Shown here in pieces: positions 1 through 5,990 of a DNA stretch of 7,773 bases. The stretch is from Octopus sinensis. Lineage: Eukaryota. Every line of letters starts with the position of its first letter. The first letter of the stretch is position 1. A program made the position numbers and the translations under genes. The notes under the pieces were generated by a model that saw nothing but the letters and a program-made list of their open reading frames with translations, did not search any database and was not told the origin of the DNA. The stretch covers positions 1 through 7,773 of the forward strand of contig NW_021828782.1 in NCBI RefSeq assembly GCF_006345805.1, in the 5' to 3' direction.

Positions 1-66
1 CGAACGGATGCCTCTGTACAAGGCAGCTATCCAGCCGCGGAAGACGGGACCGAACCAGCCGCTCTC

Positions 67-128
67 AGGACTGCCTCCAAGTATCGATGGTCTACCCTAT
101 CAAGACCATCGATACTTGGAGGCAGTCC

Positions 129-129
<1 letters not shown>
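67..129. repeat. Perfect inverted repeat (27-bp arms, 9-nt loop)
   Basis: 67-93 AGGACTGCCTCCAAGTATCGATGGTCT is the exact reverse complement of 103-129; loop 94-102 is ACCCTATCA. Confidence 0.97.
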
Positions 130-223
<94 letters not shown>

Positions 224-242
224 GACAGATAGACATAGATAG
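129..242 (+). repeat. (GATA)n tetranucleotide microsatellite
   Basis: Near-perfect TAGA/GATA run from 129 to ~223 (one G>A at 171), degenerate to 242. Confidence 0.98.
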
Positions 243-283
243 TCGCACACACATTTATGTATGTATAAATATGAAAAGAGTAG

Positions 284-324
284 CACACACACACACACAA
301 ACAAACACACACATATATATATAT
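284..324. repeat. Compound (CA)n(TA)n microsatellite
   Basis: CACACA...CAAACAAACACACACATATATATATATA read directly. Confidence 0.9.
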
Positions 325-587
325 AAATACAGATTGTGTATACGTACGTATATTTGATATGTATATGTTCCGCATGTAACTGTGTCGTGTTTCTACACAT
401 CACGACGACGCCATATTTTTGGGTTATTCATAAATTCTTTTCGAACGTAATATATATTATACACGCCTGTGGGATGTATATTATGGCCTCCCTTGACATA
501 TATATATGCCGAGGAATTTGGTTGAAACAGAGAACTGCTCTGACATTTTCTCTATAGACCAACACGCGCTGTGTGAGTTTGCACACA

Positions 588-635
588 CTCATCTCATCTT
601 ATTTAATCTCATCTCATCTTATCTCATCTCATTTT
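588..635. repeat. Degenerate (ATCTC/ATCTT)n pentanucleotide repeat
   Basis: CTCATCTCATCTTATTTAATCTCATCTCATCTTATCTCATCTCATTTT, directly abutting the ATCT block. Confidence 0.85.
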
Positions 636-638
636 ATC

Positions 639-702
<64 letters not shown>

Positions 703-793
703 CTTTATCTATCTATCTATCTATCTCTCTATCTATCTATCTCTCTATCTCTCTATCTATCTCTCTATCTATCAATCTACCTATCTATATCTG

Positions 794-858
<65 letters not shown>
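639..858. repeat. (ATCT)n tetranucleotide microsatellite (GATA on the minus strand)
   Basis: About 220 bp of ATCT units, with CTCT/TTTA/ATCA variants in the middle (~700-795). Confidence 0.98.
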
Positions 859-1165
859 TTTTCATCGAGTATCACTTGAAAAGGAAAGTGAGAGTAGAGA
901 GGCAAGTTTTGTCTAGCGAACGTTTTAAAAAAAAGATGGGTGAATGTAGCAAGGATAGCACGTATGAATGACGAAGCCACCTTGAGTATGATCCTATGAA
1001 CCCGGAAAAAGTTAAAACAGAGGGTTACCTACTTGCAAATAAATGTGTTAACATGTGACTTTATTGACCGAGGTTACCGTGGTCTTTTCCATAGGCTTTT
1101 CTTTCCACAGATAAACCTCATCTGGTTCTCCCTTTACACTTTATATCATGACATTTCTGTGATAC

Positions 1166-1265
1166 ACGATCCCTATTGATCGATTTTTTCTCCCCTTTTT
1201 TTCTTTTCCTTTCTTTCCTCTTTCTCTTTCCTTTTTCTTTCCTTTTTACGATCCCTTTTGATCGA
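1166..1265. repeat. 18-bp direct repeat flanking a 64-bp pure pyrimidine tract
   Basis: ACGATCCCTATTGATCGA (1166-1183) and ACGATCCCTTTTGATCGA (1248-1265) differ at one base; 1184-1247 contains only C and T. Confidence 0.85.
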
Positions 1266-1426
1266 AAACCTACCCCCCTTTTTTTCTCCCTCAAAAGAAA
1301 AGTTCTACCTTGTATTGATGATAATAATAATGAAAGGAAGCGGTTGGAATCTTCCTATGCTCTGATGTCACAATAAAAACACTTGTAATTGCGCAACCTG
1401 ATAATCGCCACCTCATATGTGTGACA

Positions 1427-1667
1427 ATGAAAAACCAAAATATTGTGAATAACGATGGTAATGAAATTGAAGCCCTTGATGGTGACAGTGTTACACCCGG
1501 CAGGCTCAGAGATACTGGTCCGACTCCAGCCTGTCGTTATCCAGCAAGAGACCAGCACACACGGTGTAGATGGAACAAGCAAGTCAATGCTGTGGTCATG
1601 GAGTATTACTACACGAGCAACCCCGTAGACGAAAATGGTATTCATCATAGGGGATACCGATAACGTA
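1427..1667 (+). pseudogene. Dong-like ORF piece 1 (probable N-terminus)
   Basis: MKNQNIVNND...RWNKQVNAVVMEYYYTSNPVDENGIHHRGYR*R; premature TAA at 1661-1663; cut by the SINE at 1668. Confidence 0.7.
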
Positions 1668-2055
1668 GTGGAGGCGCAATGGCCCAGTGGTTAGGGCAGC
1701 GGACTCGCGGTCGTAGGATCGCGGTTTCGATTCCCAGACCGGGCGTTGTGAGTGTTTATTGAGCGAAAACACCTAAAGCTCCACGAGGCTCCGGCAGGGG
1801 ATGGTGGTGATCCCTGCTGTACTCTTTCACCACAACTTTCTCTCACTCTTACTTCCTGTTTCTGTTGTACCTGTATTTCAAAGGGCCGGCTTTGTCACTC
1901 TCTGTGTCACGCTGAATATCCCCGAGAACTACGTTAAGGGTACACATGTCAGTGGAGTGCTCAGCCACTTACACGTTAATTTCACGAGCAGGCTGTTCCG
2001 TTGATTCGGATCAACCGGAACCCTCGTCGTCGTAACCGACGGAGTGCTTCCATCC
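1668..2055 (+). mobile_element. tRNA-derived SINE, family A, full-length copy 1
   Basis: A box TGGCCCAGTGG, B-box-like GGTTTCGATTCCC, 3' stem-loop CTC-GTCG..CGAC-GGAG; perfect 12-bp TSD ACCGATAACGTA at 1656-1667 and 2056-2067; second copy at 4620-5003. Resembles described Octopus tRNA-SINEs (OR/OK-type); I cannot assign the exact family. Confidence 0.93.
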
Positions 2056-2067
2056 ACCGATAACGTA

Positions 2068-2615
2068 TGATCAACGGAGAGAAAGAGTATTGTTTCAACT
2101 CGCGGAACAGAGATTATGTGATCAAGCTAGAGTAATAGGAAAAAATCGTTGGTTCACAGAAGTAGAGCTCGAAACTATCAAAAGACAGGTATTGGAAGAC
2201 AGCAGCAGAGGAAAAGATGAAAATACCGTTCCTACTGATAAAAATAATCTCATAGCAGAAAACAGAGGTGAAATCTCAAAAAAAGCACAGGAAAGGAACA
2301 GTGATAGCTTGCTCGATGAGAGACATATAGATGGTTTGGAAGAAGACAGTATAACTAATGGTAACATGGCAGATAGGCAAAAGGCAATCTACGAAAGAAT
2401 AAAGACAGGGCTACAGGAGAACAATAGCGACGTTATTTGCAAACTTCAAAAGGTTGATCGATGGAAATTTAACCAAGAAATGAAATATGTAAATGAAATT
2501 CTGAAATACATAGAACAAAAAACATCACAGAAACAAATAAGTTGATCAAGGCAGCAAGTATCGTTGTAGCAGCCAATGTGGGTCAAGAAAAAGAAATATA
2601 ATGGGAGTGACAATA
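2068..2615 (+). pseudogene. Dong-like ORF piece 2
   Basis: ORF 2090-2545 (LFQLAEQRLCDQARVIGKNRWFTEVELETIKRQ...KVDRWKFNQEMKYVNEILKYI), then a frameshift near 2520 to NITETNKLIKAASIVVAANVG. Confidence 0.72.
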
Positions 2616-2814
2616 TACGTTATCGGTATCCCCTATAATGAATACCATTTTCGTCTACGGGGTTGCTCGTGTAGTAATACTCCATGACCACAGCATTGAC
2701 TTGCTTGTTCCATCTACACCGTGTGTGCTGGTCCCTGGCTGGATAACGACAGGCTGGAGTCGGACCAGTATTTCTGAGCCTGCCGGGTGCAACACTGTCA
2801 CCATCATGGGCTTC
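2616..2814 (-). repeat. 199-bp inverted duplication of 1469-1667
   Basis: Reverse complement matches 1469-1667 with 6 substitutions by hand alignment (~97%), including the same premature TAA. Confidence 0.96.
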
Positions 2815-2970
2815 TATGGTAGAAAAGAAGAATACAGGGAGGGTTAGATATGATCTCGAAGGACATTTCTGTGTTAGACCGAAAAGAGAAGTGGGGCTTA
2901 AAAGCGAAGAAAAATACAGGGCACTGAAAAGGAAGTATAATATGGAAAAAAAGGGACTGAAAGTGGTAAT
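2814..2970 (+). pseudogene. Dong-like ORF piece 3
   Basis: CTA TGG TAG AAA AGA AGA ATA = (L)W*KRRIQGGLDMISKDISVLDR, then a frameshift to KREVGLKSEEKYRALKRKYNMEKKGLKVV. Confidence 0.7.
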
Positions 2971-3557
2971 AAGGCGGCGAGCTGTGAGAAACGTTAGCAC
3001 GTCGGACGAATTGCGTAGCCGTTACGTTCTGAGTTCAAATTCCGCCGAGGTCGACTTTTCCTTTCATCCTTTCGGGGTCGATTAATTAAGTACCAGTTAC
3101 GCACTGGGGTCGATGTAATCGACTTAATACCTATGTCTGTCCTTGTTTGTCCCCTCTATATTTAGCCCCTTGTGGGTAGTAAAGAAATACGTATTTCCTC
3201 TGCCGTTACGTTCTGAGTTCAAATTCCGCCGAGGTCGACTTTTCCTTTCATCCTTTCGGGGTCGGTTAATTAAGTACCAGTTACGCACTGGGGTCGATGT
3301 AATCGACTTAATCCCTTTGTCTGTCCTTGTTTGTCCCCTCTATATTTAGCCCCTTGTGGGTAGTAAAGAAATAGGTATTTCGTCTGCCGTTACGTTCTGA
3401 GTTCAAATTCCACCGAGGTCGACTTTGCCTTTTATCCTTTCGGGGTCGATAAATTAAGTACCAGTTACGCACTGGGGTCGATGTAATCGACTTAATCCCT
3501 TTGTCTGTCCTTGTTTGTCCCCTCTGTGTTTAGCCCCTTGTGGGTAGTAGAGAAATA
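2971..3557 (+). mobile_element. tRNA-derived SINE, family B: one head plus three tandem 184-bp bodies
   Basis: Head AAGGCGGCGAGCTG...GTTAGCAC; the anchor GTTACGTTCTGAGTTCAAATTCC recurs at 3021, 3205 and 3389 (period 184); CORE-like GTCGACTTT.CCTTT.ATCCTTTCGGGGTCG..AA.TAAGTACCAG segment; probable TSD GGTAAT (2965-2970, 3558-3563), whose removal restores the host frame KVVMEQLKQ. Confidence 0.9.
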
Positions 3558-3563
3558 GGTAAT

Positions 3564-3710
3564 GGAGCAACTGAAACAGCGCCTCGTTGCAAAGAAAGCA
3601 TAGATGGTCAGATACGACCAAAGAATGAAGGGATACCAGCAGAATAGGTTATTCAGAGTAGACCAGAAGAGATTCTACAAAGAAATGAATGGAAGGGGTA
3701 CGGATGAAAA
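3564..3710 (+). pseudogene. Dong-like ORF piece 4 (similarity fades before RT)
   Basis: [44 protein letters not shown]; in-frame TAG at 3601-3603; no RT motifs follow. Confidence 0.72.
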
Positions 3711-3795
3711 GTTCTACTTGTCCCCAACCAGCAGAAATTTCGATCAATTTTTATGTAGCTTTTTAAAATATTTATTTTGTTCTTTTCAAGATATA

Positions 3796-3958
3796 GGCGC
3801 GGGAGTGGCTGTGTGGTAAGTAGCTTGTTTACCAACCACATGGTTCTGGGTTCAGTCCCACTGCGTGGCACCTTGGGCAAGTGTCTTCTGCTATAGCCCC
3901 AGGCCGACCAATGCCTTGTGAGTGGATTTGGTAGACGGAAACTGAAAGAAGCCTGTCG

Positions 3959-4006
<48 letters not shown>

Positions 4007-4218
4007 TGTGTCTGTGTTTGTCTCCCTAGCATCGCTTGACAACTGATGCTGGTGTGTTTATGTCCCCGTCAGTTAGCGGTTCGGCAAAAAGAGACCGATA
4101 GAATAAGTACTGGGCTTACAAAAAGAATAAGTCCCGGGTTCGATTTGCTCAACTAAAGGCGGTGCTCCAGCATGGCCACACAGTCAAATGACTGAAACAA
4201 GTAAAAGAGTAAAAGAGT
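3796..4218 (+). mobile_element. tRNA-derived SINE, family C, full-length, with internal (TA)n(TG)n
   Basis: A box TGGCTGTGTGG (3806-3816), B box GGGTTCAGTCCC (3848-3859), CCTTGGGCAAG motif, microsatellite at ~3959-4010, tail GTAAAAGAGTAAAAGAGT; weak possible TSD ATATA(G) at 3791 and 4219; homologous inverted copy at 5016-5360. Confidence 0.9.
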
Positions 4219-4619
4219 ATATAGAATTTATTTCAAGACTTCATCAGAAGCAAAAGAATTCGGTTATCTTGTTATTATACACACTTCTACTTAGATACGG
4301 AAATTGTGTCATTGTCAGAGAGTAAAACAAGCCTAGAAATATGTCTTCTTAACGGGAAATTGTAAAGAAATTTATTCTAAACATGGTCTTGTTTTAAGTC
4401 GAAATTCCTAAAAACTCTTTTGTTGTCTCTGACAGAATTAGCACAGCCCAAAATATCAGTGACAGATTTAAGGTTTGTTTAAATGTCTTACGGAACTGAG
4501 AATGAATAAAGGTATTCTTTTATTCTTACACTTCAGTCGTTTCTGTTCGCTTTTAAGTTCCCGCTTTTGTTTTCGGTCTAACAGACAGATGTCCTTTAAG
4601 AGCATATCTAATCCTGTCT

Positions 4620-5003
4620 GTGGAGGCGCAATGGCCCAGTGATTAGGGCAGCGGACTCGCGGTCATAGGATCGCGGTTTCGATTCCCAGACCGGGCGTTG
4701 TGAGAGTTTATTGAGCGAAAACACCTAAAGGTCCACCTGGCTCTGGCAGGGGATGGTGGTGATCCCTGCTGTACTCTTTCACCACAACTTTCTCTCACTC
4801 TTACTTCCTGTTTCTGTTGTACCTGTATTTCAAGGGGCCGGCTTTGTCACTCTCTGTGTCACGCTGAATATCCCCGAGAACTACGTTAAGGGTACACGTG
4901 TCTGTGGAGTGCTCAGCCACTTACACGTTAATTTCACGAGCAGGCTGTTCCGTTGATTCGGATCAACCGGAACCCTCGTCGTCGTAACCGACGGAGTGCT
5001 TCC
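4620..5003 (+). mobile_element. tRNA-derived SINE, family A, full-length copy 2
   Basis: About 10 substitutions versus 1668-2055 by hand count (~97%); TSD AATCCTGTCT at 4610-4619 and 5004-5013; A box mutated (CAGTGA). Confidence 0.93.
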
Positions 5004-5015
5004 AATCCTGTCTGT

Positions 5016-5243
5016 ATTCTTTCCTTTCAGTTATTTGAGTGCGACCATGCTGGAGCACCGACTTTAGTCGAGCAAATCGACCCCCCAGGACTTATTCCTT
5101 GTAAGCGCCTAGTACTTATTCTATCGGTCTCTTTTGCCGAACTGCTAAGTTATGGGGACGTAAACACACCAACATCGGTTGTCAAGCGATGGTGGGGGAC
5201 AAACACAGACACACAAACATATATACACACATGCACACACAGA

Positions 5244-5292
<49 letters not shown>

Positions 5293-5360
5293 ATATATAC
5301 ATGTACGACAGGCTTCTATCGGTTTCCGTCTACCAAATTCACACACACAGCTTTGGTCGG
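5016..5360 (-). mobile_element. SINE family C, headless (5'-truncated) inverted copy
   Basis: Reverse complement aligns to ~3904-4218 (CCGACCAA.GC, TTTGGTAGACGGAAAC, (TG)n, GCAAAAGAGACCGATAGAATAAGTACT, GGTGCTCCAGCATGG); the tRNA head is absent. Confidence 0.9.
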
Positions 5361-5367
5361 TAGATGA

Positions 5368-5368
5368 C

Positions 5369-5408
<40 letters not shown>

Positions 5409-5417
5409 CATATATAT

Positions 5418-5495
<78 letters not shown>

Positions 5496-5510
5496 CACAT
5501 ATGCATATAC

Positions 5511-5541
<31 letters not shown>

Positions 5542-5555
5542 TTAATGTATATATG
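5368..5555. repeat. Compound AT-rich microsatellite (TA)n/(TACA)n/(TA)n/(TATG)n
   Basis: Read directly from the sequence. Confidence 0.95.
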
Positions 5556-5990
5556 CAGTGGAGATCCGGTTCACGAATGCCTCTCATTCCGAAAAAGTCG
5601 GTTTACGGACAATTTCTTTCCGATCAAGGAACGTCTCGAGCGATTCGTAAACCGAGTTCCCATCCTACTCAATTCCTAGATTAATTCTCACAACGAAACC
5701 GTCTCACCTTTATCCATCTCCAAAAACCCTCATCACCAAACTAGGCCAGAAAATTCACACAAGATCCGTAAACAGCGGAAAGACACCGAGAATGCCTTTT
5801 ATCGAGGTCGATATGGCAAACCCAGATTTTTGTGGCCGTATTTTTTTGATTTTATTTTTTATTTTCTTGTTCCTTATCAACAATTCCACAATGTCCGAAG
5901 CACTTCCGACCCGGAAGTCACTTTCTTCACCTCTCCTTCTTCCTCCTCATAAGACTTAAACCATTTCGTTAAACGTTTTACGTCTGTCGG
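5556..5990 (-). promoter_or_regulatory. Candidate CpG-rich promoter/5' UTR with a palindromic double ETS site
   Basis: About 26 CpG in ~435 bp versus ~9 in the unique stretch 4225-4619 (hand counts); ACTTCCG-ACC-CGGAAGT at 5902-5918 contains the ETS consensus CCGGAAGT; non-repetitive island between repeats. Orientation is inferred from the downstream ATG and splice donor. Confidence 0.4.
5708..5717 (-). CDS. Putative first coding micro-exon M-D-K-(phase 1) of an unidentified host gene
   Basis: Minus strand reads GGAG ATG GAT AAA G|GTGAGA: good Kozak context (G at -3 and +4) and a strong AAG|GTGAG donor at 5707-5706. No downstream exon identified. Confidence 0.25.

Larger units (their letters stand above)
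1332..3710 (+). mobile_element. Decayed R4/Dong-like (RLE-type) non-LTR retrotransposon, 5' portion only, interrupted by three insertions
   Basis: Rejoined translation gives motifs I recognise from the region N-terminal to RT in R4/Dong-clade ORFs: RWNKQVNAVVMEYYYTSNP...GYR*RM, EQRLCDQARVIGKNRWFTEVELETIKR, NITETNKLIKAASIVV, W*KRRIQ...KDIS, [18 protein letters not shown]...RYDQR...[20 protein letters not shown]. A short (TAA)n lies just upstream (1321-1331). Ends are approximate; clade assignment is from memory, not a search. Confidence 0.75.

Noticed and set aside
27-127. Possible exon 2 after a (TATC)n-TAG|G acceptor on the minus strand, in phase with the MDK micro-exon
   Set aside because: The join gives only a 36-37 aa peptide ending at TAG 29-27, mostly made of the hairpin; the acceptor is a by-product of the microsatellite.
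27-971. ORFs rich in SIYL/IYLS repeats on both strands
   Set aside because: They are translations of (GATA)n/(TATC)n, which lack stops in some frames; no coding signal.
1085-1110. Plus-strand splice-acceptor-like TTTTCTTTCCACAG
   Set aside because: No convincing donor or reading frame follows; such motifs are common by chance.
1668-1745. tRNA gene (also 3796-3860 and 4620-4697)
   Set aside because: A and B boxes are present but the cloverleaf is imperfect, and each continues into a SINE body with TSDs or a tail.
1752-2004. ORFs 1752-1937, 1801-2004 and 4753-4956
   Set aside because: Wholly inside SINE copies; their similarity reflects the DNA repeat, not protein conservation.
2620-3000. 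126-aa minus-strand ORF as a gene or rescued copy
   Set aside because: It is a chimera of antisense Dong sequence and the inverted duplicate, and it ends at the same premature stop.
2616-3710. Twin-priming inversion of a second LINE insertion
   Set aside because: Twin priming inverts without duplicating; here the segment is duplicated, and the forward ORF continues across the insert from 2615 to 2814.
4231-4247. Hammerhead ribozyme core CTGATGA...GAAA on the minus strand
   Set aside because: Only 6 nt (AGTCTT) separate the motifs, and I could not build stems I or III.
5556-5570. CAGTGG as a hAT-like terminal inverted repeat
   Set aside because: No matching opposite terminus or TSD within the window.
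4953-5587. Overlapping ORFs rich in H/T/Y/I/V/C
   Set aside because: Translations of (CA)n, (TA)n and (TACA)n microsatellites.
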